From: Candidatus Tenderia sp.
GTDB taxonomy: Bacteria > Pseudomonadota > Gammaproteobacteria > Tenderiales > Tenderiaceae
NCBI GenBank assembly: GCA_031416075.1
Contig: JANOSY010000056.1
Span: forward strand, 9,872 to 73,871
Length of the DNA: 64,000 bases
Direction of reading: 5' to 3'
Part shown: one piece after another, positions 11,986 to 21,604 of the stretch
How positions within the stretch are numbered: position 1 is the first letter of the stretch
How the letters are laid out: every line of letters starts with the position of its first letter
The notes under the pieces: model-generated
Told to the model about the DNA's origin: nothing
Databases searched by the model: none
Seen by the model: the letters and a program-made list of their open reading frames with translations, nothing else
Made by a program: the position numbers and the translations under genes

Positions 11986-13146
11986 ATGATTATCCCTGAC
12001 TATCAAGCTGGAAGTATTGTTAATCTGATGAGCAGTATCACTCAGTCGCGTGGGGGAGCTATCAATTCGCTCTATGCACCACTGCGAGGTCTGGATATGG
12101 CCCGTTTGTGTGCGGTGGATAATGTGGTGTTGCTGGTGATTGATGGTCTTGGATATGACTATCTGCTACAGCACCGGCAAAGTGTTTTATATAAACATCT
12201 GCATAGTTGTATTACCTCTGTCGCGCCACCGACCACGGTCGCCTCTATTACCACCTTTTTGACGGGCATGGCACCACAGCAACATGGACTGACAGGATGG
12301 TTTACCTATTTTCGTGAGCTGGGCAGTGTGGTGACAGTATTGCCCTATACCCATCGTAATGGTGGAGCAACCTTGAGTACGCAGGGTATTGAGGCGCGGA
12401 AGTTTTTTGATCATACCTCGGTGTTTGAACAGATGGCAGTGAAGTGTTACTCGGTAACACCCAGTTGGTTAAAAGCATCTGAGTACAACATCTCCCATAC
12501 CGTTGGGGCGGAGATGGTTCCACATTCTGGTTATCAACACTGTTTTGATGAGATAGTACGATTGGTGCATTGTCATAAACAGCGTAAATATATTTATGCC
12601 TATTGGCCTGAATTTGACGGCTTGGCACATGAGCACGGCGTGGGTAGTAATGAAGTGGCGCGACACTTTACTAAGCTTGATGCAGTATTTTCTAAATTAT
12701 TAGATCAGCTGCATGGGAGTGGGACGACGCTGCTGGTGACGGCTGACCACGGTTTTGTGGATATACCACCGGAGCATCGACTGGACTTGGCTGATCATCC
12801 ACAATTAAAAGAGTGTTTGTTGATGCCCCTGTGTGGTGAGCCACGTCTGGTTTATTGTTATGTGCGTTATGAAAAACGTCAGCAGTTTGAACGTTATGTG
12901 AGAGATATATTGATTGATGTGTGTGATCTGTATCGTAGTGCAGATCTGATTGCTCAAGGCATATTTGGTCTCGGGGTACCGCATGCAGAGCTGTTATCCC
13001 GAGTGGGGGATTATACATTGGTGATGAAAGATAACTACGTGTTGACAGGGCGTATTCCTGGCGAGTCACCACTGCGGATGGTAGGGTTTCATGGTGGCTT
13101 GTCAGCGGCAGAGGTTCATGTGCCACTGGTACTGGTGGAGTGCTGA
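11986..13146 (+). CDS. Alkaline-phosphatase-superfamily protein (type I phosphodiesterase/nucleotide pyrophosphatase-like)
   Basis: Metal and nucleophile motifs IDGLGY, PPTT, DGLAHEHG, TADHGF and HGGLS. Confidence 0.85.
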   Translation: MIIPDYQAGSIVNLMSSITQSRGGAINSLYAPLRGLDMARLCAVDNVVLLVIDGLGYDYLLQHRQSVLYKHLHSCITSVAPPTTVASITTFLTGMAPQQHGLTGWFTYFRELGSVVTVLPYTHRNGGATLSTQGIEARKFFDHTSVFEQMAVKCYSVTPSWLKASEYNISHTVGAEMVPHSGYQHCFDEIVRLVHCHKQRKYIYAYWPEFDGLAHEHGVGSNEVARHFTKLDAVFSKLLDQLHGSGTTLLVTADHGFVDIPPEHRLDLADHPQLKECLLMPLCGEPRLVYCYVRYEKRQQFERYVRDILIDVCDLYRSADLIAQGIFGLGVPHAELLSRVGDYTLVMKDNYVLTGRIPGESPLRMVGFHGGLSAAEVHVPLVLVEC

Positions 13147-13423
13147 TTAAGTTGCAGAAGTTCTTAAGCGACTTTTTATTATGTGTTTGTTAAATGCATA
13201 TTAGGTTTGCGCGCTCTGGTGATGGCATGCAAAAACTATTTTGTAAAAGAATGTGCACTGTTTTTATAAAGTGTGCCTGTGTTAGGCCGATATTTTCTTG
13301 AAGTTGCATCTATGTGCTGAACTTTGTGCAGGTTTTCAGCGTTATCTAAGTGTTTCGTTGAGTTAGTGGCCTGCATGATGTGGTTGTGTGGCCGAGCGGA
13401 AAAATATTCGGGGGTCACCCACC

Positions 13424-14317
13424 ATGAGTTACACATTAAAGCCAGAGCGAAAACAGTTGTTTGCTATCAATTTCCGGCAGAGGCTTGAGTCGGCTATTGA
13501 GTTGCCGCCACTGCCGGAGGTGACACGTGAGTTGCTGTTATTAAGAAACAGTGATGTGGATATAAAACGATTGATTCATATTGTGGCGAAGGACGCCTCT
13601 ATCGCTGCACAAATGCTCTCCTATGCAAGGCTCTCTATGTTTGGTTATGGCAATCGCATTCAAACACTTGATGATAGTGTCATGTTGGTATTGGGTTATG
13701 ACAAAGCGTTGCATATGGCGATGGGCATTGCGGCAGGAAAGTCGTTACGCATGCAGGCAGATGGACCGTTGGGGCGTAAGGCATTCTGGCACCATTCGTT
13801 GCAGATGGCCATGTTGACACAGGCGTTGTGTATGACGTTGCCAGCGGCAAAACGCCCAGAACCAGGTGTCTGTTATCTTGCAGGTCTGTTGCATGATATT
13901 GGCTACATGCTGTTTGGCCATCTCTATCCGGCAGAGTTTTCCATGCTTAACCAGCTTGTCGCCCAATATCCCGAGAGGGACGTGCGTGAGCTGGAGATGT
14001 CCGGTTTTGGTGTGAGCCATGACATGATTGGTATGTGGTTGATGCGAGCCTGGAATATGCCTGAGAGTATTGTGGTGGCAGTAAGAGAGCACTGCTTCTT
14101 TGATTATGATGGTAAACATGCCATTTATTCCAAGCTGGTGGCGTTTGCTAACCAGATTCTGCGGGCAGAGTCTGGTGAGAGTGCGTTAGCGGGGAATGGT
14201 GAATTTATAGCTTGCGAAACATTGGGTTTAGACGCCCAGCAGGTCGAGCAGCTGCTTGAGCGCATGCGTGAGGCCTCTTCCCCCCTGGAAGCGATGGCTA
14301 GAGAACTGGCTGCCTGA
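13424..14317 (+). CDS. HDOD-domain signalling protein
   Basis: ELPPLPEV, FWHHS, AGLLHDIG, HDMIG...WNMP. ATG 13424 is preferred over GTG 13388. Confidence 0.9.
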   Translation: MSYTLKPERKQLFAINFRQRLESAIELPPLPEVTRELLLLRNSDVDIKRLIHIVAKDASIAAQMLSYARLSMFGYGNRIQTLDDSVMLVLGYDKALHMAMGIAAGKSLRMQADGPLGRKAFWHHSLQMAMLTQALCMTLPAAKRPEPGVCYLAGLLHDIGYMLFGHLYPAEFSMLNQLVAQYPERDVRELEMSGFGVSHDMIGMWLMRAWNMPESIVVAVREHCFFDYDGKHAIYSKLVAFANQILRAESGESALAGNGEFIACETLGLDAQQVEQLLERMREASSPLEAMARELAA

Positions 14318-14450
14318 TTAGCGTGTAGGCCACCGCCGGCCAGACGGTGAAGTGGCTATCTATTGTGCTGTTGTGCAGGCCATCTGCACACCGCGCCCCT
14401 TTCCGTTATAATTGTCCCCTGTCCTAATCATTCCCAAATGAGATTTAACT

Positions 14451-15677
14451 ATGTCACAAACAGCTGTGAAAAAAGTGGTACTGGCCTATTCCGGTGGTCT
14501 TGACACCTCCATCATCGTTAAATGGTTGCAGGATGAGTATCAATGCGAGGTGGTTACCTTTACTGCGGATATCGGCCAGGGAGAGGAGGTTGAACCGGCC
14601 CGCGCCAAAGCTAAGGCGATGGGGATCAAAGAGATCTATATCGAAGATCTGCGTGAAGAGTTTGTCCGCGACTTTGTCTTTCCTATGTTTCGTGCCAACA
14701 CCATTTATGAGGGTGAGTACCTGCTGGGTACCTCCATCGCCCGCCCGCTGATTGCCAAGCGGTTGGTTGAAATTGCAACCGAGACCGGCGCTGATGCCAT
14801 CTCTCATGGGGCCACCGGCAAGGGTAACGATCAGGTCCGTTTTGAGCTGGGGGCCTATGCACTGAAACCCGGCGTCAAGGTCATTGCGCCATGGCGTGAA
14901 TGGAATCTCACCTCGCGTGAGACATTGATGGCCTACGCTAAAGAGCACAACATTCCTATCGATTTTGCCAAACAGGGCAAAAAGTCGCCCTATTCCATGG
15001 ATGCCAACCTGCTGCACATCTCATACGAAGGGGATGTTCTGGAAGACCCCTGGCACGAGGCTGAGGATGACATGTGGCGCTGGTCCGTATCACCGGAGCT
15101 GGCTCCAGATCAGGCAACCTATATTGAAATCAGTTATATCAATGGTGACCCGGTTGCCCTGGATGGCCAGACAATGAGCCCGGCGACCATGCTGGAGACG
15201 CTGAATAAGATTGGTGGTGCCAACGGTATTGGCCGTCTTGATATTGTTGAAAATCGTTACGTTGGCATGAAGTCGCGAGGCGCTTACGAGACGCCGGGTG
15301 GCACTATTATGATACGCGCCCATCGTGCCATTGAATCGATCACTCTCGACCGTGAAGTTTCTCATCTAAAAGATGAGTTGATGCCACGTTACGCCAGTCT
15401 GATCTATAACGGTTATTGGTGGAGCCCAGAGCGCAAGATGCTGCAAGCGATGATTGATGCCTCGCAGGCGAGCGTAAACGGTGTCGTCCGCTTGAAGTTA
15501 TATAAAGGTAATGTGATTGTTGTTGGTCGTAAGTCTGACGACAGCCTGTTTGATGCCTCTATTGCGACTTTTGAAGATGATGCCGGGGCGTATAATCAGG
15601 CCGATGCAGCCGGTTTTATTAAACTCAATGCATTGCGTATGCGTATCGCAGCCAACAAAGGGCGTAGCCTTAAATAA
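14451..15677 (+). CDS. argG: Argininosuccinate synthase
   Basis: [30 protein letters not shown] and [17 protein letters not shown] lies at 14407-14412. Confidence 0.98.
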   Translation: MSQTAVKKVVLAYSGGLDTSIIVKWLQDEYQCEVVTFTADIGQGEEVEPARAKAKAMGIKEIYIEDLREEFVRDFVFPMFRANTIYEGEYLLGTSIARPLIAKRLVEIATETGADAISHGATGKGNDQVRFELGAYALKPGVKVIAPWREWNLTSRETLMAYAKEHNIPIDFAKQGKKSPYSMDANLLHISYEGDVLEDPWHEAEDDMWRWSVSPELAPDQATYIEISYINGDPVALDGQTMSPATMLETLNKIGGANGIGRLDIVENRYVGMKSRGAYETPGGTIMIRAHRAIESITLDREVSHLKDELMPRYASLIYNGYWWSPERKMLQAMIDASQASVNGVVRLKLYKGNVIVVGRKSDDSLFDASIATFEDDAGAYNQADAAGFIKLNALRMRIAANKGRSLK

Positions 15678-15730
15678 AAAACAGTGCTGCCGAATGGTTG
15701 CATCGATGAAAAAATCAGGAGTGATTTAAT

Positions 15731-16039
15731 ATGGAATATACAAACGCCAGTGTTAAACAGAAGGCCAACATCTATCATGATGGCAAGGTGACCAGTCGTA
15801 GTGTGGTGACCGCTGAAGGTGAGATGAAGACGTTGGGAATCATGTTGCCAGGACTCTACCGTTTCTCCACTCAGGCGGCAGAGGTGATGGAGGTGACTCA
15901 GGGGAGCTGCCGTGTCAAATTGGCCGACGAGCAGGAGTGGGTCAACTTCCAGGCTGGGCAGAGTTTTAATGTGGCAGCCAACTCACACTTTGATATTGAA
16001 GTGGATGACATCCTTGATTACATCTGCCACTTTGCCTGA
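15731..16039 (+). CDS. ppnP: Pyrimidine/purine nucleoside phosphorylase (DUF1255 cupin)
   Basis: ANIYHDGKVTSRS, KTLGIMLPG and DYICHF. Located next to argG. Confidence 0.85.
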   Translation: MEYTNASVKQKANIYHDGKVTSRSVVTAEGEMKTLGIMLPGLYRFSTQAAEVMEVTQGSCRVKLADEQEWVNFQAGQSFNVAANSHFDIEVDDILDYICHFA

Positions 16040-16065
16040 TTAGGGTAGTACCGTTTTAAATCTAT

Positions 16066-16094
16066 AAATCCCCCGTTATGGGGGATTTTCTTTT
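16066..16094 (+). terminator. Intrinsic terminator after argG-ppnP
   Basis: AAATCCCCCG-tta-TGGGGGATTTTCTTTT. Confidence 0.75.
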
Positions 16095-16106
16095 GAGGAA
16101 AAAATA

Positions 16107-16490
16107 GTGCGATTACTACATACAATGTTGCGTGTTGGCGATCTTGACCGCTCGATAAAATTTTACACAGAGGTGTTGGGTATGCGGTTATTACGCCAGC
16201 GCGACTGCCCCGATGGGAGTTTTACCCTGGCGTTTGTTGGCTACGGTGATGAGACGGACACTGCGGTGATTGAGCTTACCTATAACTGGGGGGTTGATAG
16301 TTATGAAATAGGCACCGGTTACGGCCACATTGCCATCGGCGTTGATGGTATTTACGAGGTGTGTGATGCGATTAAAAAATGTGGTGGCAAGGTTGTACGT
16401 GAACCAGGCCCGATGAAAAACAGCACCACTGTGCTGGCTTTTATTGAGGATCCGGATGGCTACAAAATCGAATTAATAGAGGGGCGTTGA
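16107..16490 (+). CDS. gloA: Lactoylglutathione lyase (glyoxalase I)
   Basis: [25 protein letters not shown] and [10 protein letters not shown]. Confidence 0.96.
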   Translation: MRLLHTMLRVGDLDRSIKFYTEVLGMRLLRQRDCPDGSFTLAFVGYGDETDTAVIELTYNWGVDSYEIGTGYGHIAIGVDGIYEVCDAIKKCGGKVVREPGPMKNSTTVLAFIEDPDGYKIELIEGR

Positions 16491-16536
16491 CGCTGGCTAA
16501 TGGCTTTATGATTTTGTCCGATGATTAGGGGTGTAG

Positions 16537-16959
16537 ATGAAGGAACACTCCATGCCATATATTGAATTTAATAACAGCCTGCGGGTTGGCAACAGGCTCA
16601 TGGATCAGGAGCATGAGATGCTTGTTGGGTATATCAACCAGTTGCAAAAAGTGGTTGAGGAGGATGCTGACAGCAATGTTATTAAACAGGTTATACGGGG
16701 TCTGGTTGAGTATAGCCGTACCCATTTTTTTGTTGAAGAAGAGTTAATGAGGGCGTACGGCTATCCAGACAGTGAGTTTCATCTTCGTGCACATGAAGGA
16801 TTTCGTGCCAATGCCAGTGCATTAGTGCGTGACATGGATATGGGGAATGAGATTGATCTGGGGCAGATGTTGGGATTTTTAACCGAATGGTTAACCGATC
16901 ATATTCTAAACACGGATGTTCAATTGGCGGATTTCCTCAGAGATCAGACGCTGGTTTAA
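16537..16959 (+). CDS. Single-domain bacteriohemerythrin
   Basis: Di-iron ligand pattern DQEH, HFFVEE, HLRAH and WLTDHILNTD. Confidence 0.92.
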   Translation: MKEHSMPYIEFNNSLRVGNRLMDQEHEMLVGYINQLQKVVEEDADSNVIKQVIRGLVEYSRTHFFVEEELMRAYGYPDSEFHLRAHEGFRANASALVRDMDMGNEIDLGQMLGFLTEWLTDHILNTDVQLADFLRDQTLV

Positions 16960-17360
16960 CCGCTGGTCTTGGTGAGCAGGGTCTGCATGATTGCCAACAG
17001 CTCGTTGGATTTATAAGGCTTATGTAAAAAACCACCCAGCCCCAGTGCTTGGGCGCGTGCTTTATCAATGGCATCGCTATAGCCGGTGCAGAGCAGGAAG
17101 GGTAGTGTGGGGCGTAAAATAAACATCTGTGCGGCCATCTCTGTGCCGGTCATGCCAGGCATTGTTTGATCTGAAATGACTAGGTCGACTGTTTCAAACG
17201 CATTTTCAAAATGGTGTAATGCGGTGGCAGGGTTGTTAAATGTGGTGACCTGATAGCCGCGACTGCCGAGCAGTGCTGCAAGAAACAGCGTGATTGACTC
17301 TTCATCATCAACAACCATGATGTTGGCGGGGTGTTGTTGCTGTTGTGAAAAATTATCCAT
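16956..17360 (-). CDS. Stand-alone response regulator receiver
   Basis: VVDDE, DLVISDQTMPGMTG, CTGY and HKP. It has its own GGAG-containing RBS region. Confidence 0.92.
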   Translation of the reverse strand: MDNFSQQQQHPANIMVVDDEESITLFLAALLGSRGYQVTTFNNPATALHHFENAFETVDLVISDQTMPGMTGTEMAAQMFILRPTLPFLLCTGYSDAIDKARAQALGLGGFLHKPYKSNELLAIMQTLLTKTSG

Positions 17361-17383
17361 GACGCTCTTTTATCTCCAGGCAT

Positions 17384-20083
17384 TTAGGTGCAGAGTGATT
17401 CATGTTCGTTAAACAGTAGCCGGAATTGACTGCCGGTTTCAGGTGAGCTGGATAGCATAATGTGCCCCCGCGCCTCGTGCATAATGCCATGGACCATGGC
17501 TAGCCCCATACCGGTCCCTTTGCCAATCGGTTTGGTGGTGAAGAAGGGTTCGAATATGCGCTGTTGTGTGGTGGCATCCATGCCGGGGCCACTGTCGCTG
17601 ATACATAACTCCACATGGTTGCCGGAGAACCCCTGATGACAGGAGCTGCATATGGCATTTTCCAGGGTGATTTTTTTCACGGAGATAGTGAGTGACCCAG
17701 TGCCATTCATGGCATCACGTGCGTTAATGCAGAGATTGAGCACGATCTGTTGCAAGCCAATGGTATCGAGCAATACTGTTGGTGTATCGGGATCAAGCAC
17801 GGTCTCCATGGCGATGCTTGATGGTAATACAGGTCGTAACAGTTTGAGCATCTCAGGAATGGCGTTGGAGAGCAGCACAGGTTCAGGCATGTTGGCGTCG
17901 CGGCCACGGCTAAATGCCAGCATCTTGGCGACCAGATCACGCGCTCGTTCACCAGCACGATAGATCTGTGCCAAGTGGCTGCTGAGTGTGGCGTACCCCT
18001 GTGCCTGAGCGATCTCTTGTGATAGTTCAGTAAACCCCAGAATGCCTGATAGCATGTTATTAAAATCGTGGGCAACACCGCCTGTGAGTTGGCCAATGGC
18101 CTCCATCTTCTGTGCCTGTGCAAGTTGCCGCTGAAGTCGTTGTCGTTCGAGCTCTGCAGTTTTACGCTCGGTGATGTCGCGCACTACGCCGATAAAGACG
18201 GGACGTCCAGCACGGCTGATTTGCGATACTTGTAACTCCATTAAAAAAGTTGCCCCATCTTTACGCCGTCCTGTTACTTCCCGACTCATGCCAATAACAT
18301 GTTTCTCTCCGGTAGTGAGATAGTGATGTAAATAGTGATCATGTTGGTTGTGATGGGGTTCTGGCATTAACATGTTGATGTTGTTGCTGATAACTTCGGC
18401 GGCGGTGTATGCAAAAATTGATTCTGCTGCATGGTTGAATGCAGTCACAATACCGTGTTCGTTAATAGTGATAATACCTTCAATCAAATTGTCGAGGATA
18501 GCCTGGGTATGTCGGGCCTGTTCTTCACGGCTGCGCTCAGCGGCAGCCCTTTCCATTTCGGCACTCAGGCGGGTGGCAAATATTTTCATGATAGTAATAC
18601 TGCGCTTCTCATCTTCAATGGGCTTCCGGAAGAGAATCGTCATGTGGCCAATAATACGTCCCTTGTCATTAAGAAATGGAATGACCAGAAGTGACTCAAT
18701 GCCTAGCAGGAGAGGACAATCGGGGTAATGTATGTATGCCTGCTCGGTGATACATAAATGTTCTCCTGGATTGATAAGAGAACAGGGTGTTTCATCAATG
18801 TTGCACTCAAAATTGTCATGGAACTCACCATTGCTCCATACGGCAAGTGTCCGGGATCGGCGTAATATCGGATCGGTAATCTCTGTGACTATCACAGTGT
18901 CCGCTTCCAAAGCCGTTGCAGCGGTCATTGCACTCACTCTGAACACCTCATCGGCAGAGTTTGCGGTTGTTCCAAGAAAAATCGCCTGCAGGGTGTTTTT
19001 TTCCCGCTCCATATCGATCATTGCGGTTCTTAGTATCTGTTCATCCCGTTTACGCTCGCTGATGTCCTGGACAAGAGTTAAATAGAGTGTCTCATCCTGC
19101 CCTGTTATTTCAGTGATTTTAAACTCAGCGGGGAAAAGTTGCTCACCACGACGGACAGCATGAGTGGTAATAGCCCCCTGATTGATGACACGATCCCGAT
19201 GCTCAGCAGAGCCCATCCAGCTTTGATGTTGGGTGCGCTGTTTTGGCGGCATTAGTATGTTGACGTTACGTCCTTTCAGTTCATGTTCTTCATAACCAAA
19301 AATAGCGCAGGCCGCTGCATTTACTGACTCAATAGTACCGTTGGCCCACACGGTAATGATGCCGTCTGGGATGTGTGATACTACAGCGAGCAGTCGCTGT
19401 TTACTTTGCAGTAGTTTGTTTGTCATGGTTTGAAGCTGGGTCCGCATAGTCTCCAGAGCAGCGGCTAACAAACCTATTTCATCGTGACCACGTTGTATAA
19501 TCGGTTCATTGAAGTTGCTTTGTGCCAATATTTTTGCGGCGGATGCCATCTCTTCCAGCGGGCGTCGTATTAACCAGTCCTGCAGTATAAAATTCAGTGT
19601 TAATCCCGTAGCAATGAACGCAAAAACTATCAGGCTGATCAGGTTTATCTTTGAAAGCTCGGCCTTTAATTGTGTGCGTGGATCAAACTGTAGTGTGATT
19701 TGTGCCAGTGGTGCGCCACCAAAATCGATGGGTGCCGAGATGTTCATCATATTAGACGAATCACTTTTATGGGTGACTATCAACGGGTAGATCTGTTTTT
19801 TATCCGGGTTGTGGAGTTGAAGTCTCGTCCAAGTTGAATCGGTAGCGATGACAGCATCTAATGTTTTGTAAATTTGACTAAAGTCATCAGAGAGCAGTGG
19901 TTCGACCAGTGCAAGGCTGAGTATGTGCAGCTTAATCTGTTGCTCCTGCTGTATGTTAGTGATGGTGTTGTTGGTTTGCCACGGTACCCATAACCATTGA
20001 GTCAGGGCGAGCAACAGACCTAATACTACCAATCCAGGTAGCAGTAGTTTAGTGCGAATGGTAGTGAATCGGTTAATCTTCAT
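17384..20083 (-). CDS. Sensor histidine kinase (2 TM-HAMP-PAS-GAF-PAS-HisKA-HATPase)
   Basis: H-box GGVAHDFNN, N-box NLCINARDAM, DSGPGM, FTTK and GTGMGL. The second PAS is FixL-like. Confidence 0.93.
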   Translation of the reverse strand: MKINRFTTIRTKLLLPGLVVLGLLLALTQWLWVPWQTNNTITNIQQEQQIKLHILSLALVEPLLSDDFSQIYKTLDAVIATDSTWTRLQLHNPDKKQIYPLIVTHKSDSSNMMNISAPIDFGGAPLAQITLQFDPRTQLKAELSKINLISLIVFAFIATGLTLNFILQDWLIRRPLEEMASAAKILAQSNFNEPIIQRGHDEIGLLAAALETMRTQLQTMTNKLLQSKQRLLAVVSHIPDGIITVWANGTIESVNAAACAIFGYEEHELKGRNVNILMPPKQRTQHQSWMGSAEHRDRVINQGAITTHAVRRGEQLFPAEFKITEITGQDETLYLTLVQDISERKRDEQILRTAMIDMEREKNTLQAIFLGTTANSADEVFRVSAMTAATALEADTVIVTEITDPILRRSRTLAVWSNGEFHDNFECNIDETPCSLINPGEHLCITEQAYIHYPDCPLLLGIESLLVIPFLNDKGRIIGHMTILFRKPIEDEKRSITIMKIFATRLSAEMERAAAERSREEQARHTQAILDNLIEGIITINEHGIVTAFNHAAESIFAYTAAEVISNNINMLMPEPHHNQHDHYLHHYLTTGEKHVIGMSREVTGRRKDGATFLMELQVSQISRAGRPVFIGVVRDITERKTAELERQRLQRQLAQAQKMEAIGQLTGGVAHDFNNMLSGILGFTELSQEIAQAQGYATLSSHLAQIYRAGERARDLVAKMLAFSRGRDANMPEPVLLSNAIPEMLKLLRPVLPSSIAMETVLDPDTPTVLLDTIGLQQIVLNLCINARDAMNGTGSLTISVKKITLENAICSSCHQGFSGNHVELCISDSGPGMDATTQQRIFEPFFTTKPIGKGTGMGLAMVHGIMHEARGHIMLSSSPETGSQFRLLFNEHESLCT

Positions 20084-20909
20084 AAAACTCGTCCAGCCGC
20101 ATTTTTTTCATAGGTTCATAATCTTTCAGCTGGGCGATAGCGATGTTTTTGATGGGGATTTGGCTCAGCATCTTCTGTCCGGATTTTGTTTTTCCTAGTG
20201 ATAACATCGCTTGCTGTATTGCATCTCTGATGGATTGAGGGACTCGTGGATGTGCTGTCAGTGGATGCGGGGCAACAGCGATGGTGGTATGAAGAATACG
20301 GAGTTGATCTTGTATCGTTGCGGACTGATGGGCGAGTGTACTGGCAACGCCTCCGCCTGCTGCGGTATTGCCTAGAGCTACATTAAGATAAACCGAGTCG
20401 TGACTGTTCACGTATCGCGGTTTAAAGGGTATTTTTTCCTCGCGTGTCAGCATTGCACGTATCATTAATGAGGCCCCTAATGCATTGGGTGAAGGGAAGG
20501 CGATGCTTTGATCACGCAGGTCTTCAATTTTCATATAGGGGCTGTCTTTTCGTACAACTAAAATACCGCGCAGATCTGTTGCAATATCGCGCACCAGAGG
20601 GATGTATTCATTAGGTGCAGTGGTTTTAAGAAGTTGGTAGGGATTGACATAAGCAAAGTCAAATTCGCCGGCGAGTAACTGATTCTCAAATACGGGAATG
20701 GTCTGACTGCCGCGTAGCACAAAACTGTGCCCGGTACGTTGTTGTAACTCTTTTAAAATAGGACGCCAGATCTGCTGTGTGGTGCGGGCATCAAATTGCG
20801 GTACAACACCTATGGTGAAACTATCGGCTTGGCAGATGTTCGCCATCATCAGGGCAATGATAGTGAACCAATGGCAACTTTTTTTTCTATCGGTTACCTG
20901 AGCGGCCAT
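20073..20909 (-). CDS. Phosphate/phosphonate-type periplasmic binding protein (PhnD-like)
   Basis: Signal peptide, IGVVPQ, DFAYVNPY, IAFPSPNALGAS and SHDSVYLNV. It overlaps the kinase start. Confidence 0.8.
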   Translation of the reverse strand: MAAQVTDRKKSCHWFTIIALMMANICQADSFTIGVVPQFDARTTQQIWRPILKELQQRTGHSFVLRGSQTIPVFENQLLAGEFDFAYVNPYQLLKTTAPNEYIPLVRDIATDLRGILVVRKDSPYMKIEDLRDQSIAFPSPNALGASLMIRAMLTREEKIPFKPRYVNSHDSVYLNVALGNTAAGGGVASTLAHQSATIQDQLRILHTTIAVAPHPLTAHPRVPQSIRDAIQQAMLSLGKTKSGQKMLSQIPIKNIAIAQLKDYEPMKKMRLDEFYED

Positions 20910-20945
20910 ATAAATTCCTTTTGGAGTTGGTGGTAAATATCAGGA

Positions 20946-21332
20946 TCACCCGGCAATCGTTGAAATTGCGGCACATAGCTCCTCACGTTTGAAGGGTTTT
21001 CTTAGAATATTTCCCGCTCCAATCAGTGTGGCCAGTGGCAGATAATCAAAACGACCATTGAGGCCACCACCACCAGACATCGCCACAATTTTTGCGTTGG
21101 GGGCGAGTTGGCGGATTTCTAGAATAAGGTCGATGCCGTTTTTTTCTGGCATGACTAGGTCAGTGATGACCAGGTCGATCTGTTCGCGACGCAGTATCGT
21201 TAACGCAGCATTGCCATTTTCGGCAGTCAGCAGCTCATGTTCTGGTGACTCCAGCATGGCGCTTACCAGCAGCCGCATGTGGGGTTCATCGTCGACAACT
21301 AAAATTTTTATCAGAGTGATCTCCTTGTCCAT
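20946..21332 (-). CDS. Stand-alone response regulator receiver
   Basis: ILVVDDE, DLVITDLVMPEKNG, AMSGGG and KPF. The start codon is uncertain. Confidence 0.9.
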   Translation of the reverse strand: MDKEITLIKILVVDDEPHMRLLVSAMLESPEHELLTAENGNAALTILRREQIDLVITDLVMPEKNGIDLILEIRQLAPNAKIVAMSGGGGLNGRFDYLPLATLIGAGNILRKPFKREELCAAISTIAG

Positions 21333-21553
21333 AGGCCTATGGCAGTTGTGGTTGCTGCGGCGCGGCAACCTGTCTATGAGTACGGTTTATAACAGTAGAA
21401 AAAACTCTAATCATCTACGCCAGCGCTGTTTGGTAGCGGTGTGCTTTTCAGATTAGCGACAGTTAGGCGGGGAACTTGATTGCCAGGATAGTCAAGGTGG
21501 AGGGAGAGGATTGTGCTGTTTGAGTAAAACTAAATGTTAAAGTGAAGTTAATG

Positions 21554-21578
21554 AAAAGGGGACTGATGATCTGTCCCC
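21554..21578 (-). terminator. Probable terminator of the PhoX-like gene
   Basis: AAAA-GGGGAC...GTCCCC hairpin, which reads as a stem plus U run on the minus strand. Confidence 0.6.
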
Positions 21579-21604
21579 GGGTTCTTTATATAGTGTTGTC
21601 GCTG

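Noticed and set aside
17361-17386. Kinase plus receiver as a hybrid kinase split by a stop codon
   Set aside because: The receiver is out of frame with the kinase (23-nt gap) and has its own RBS-like sequence.
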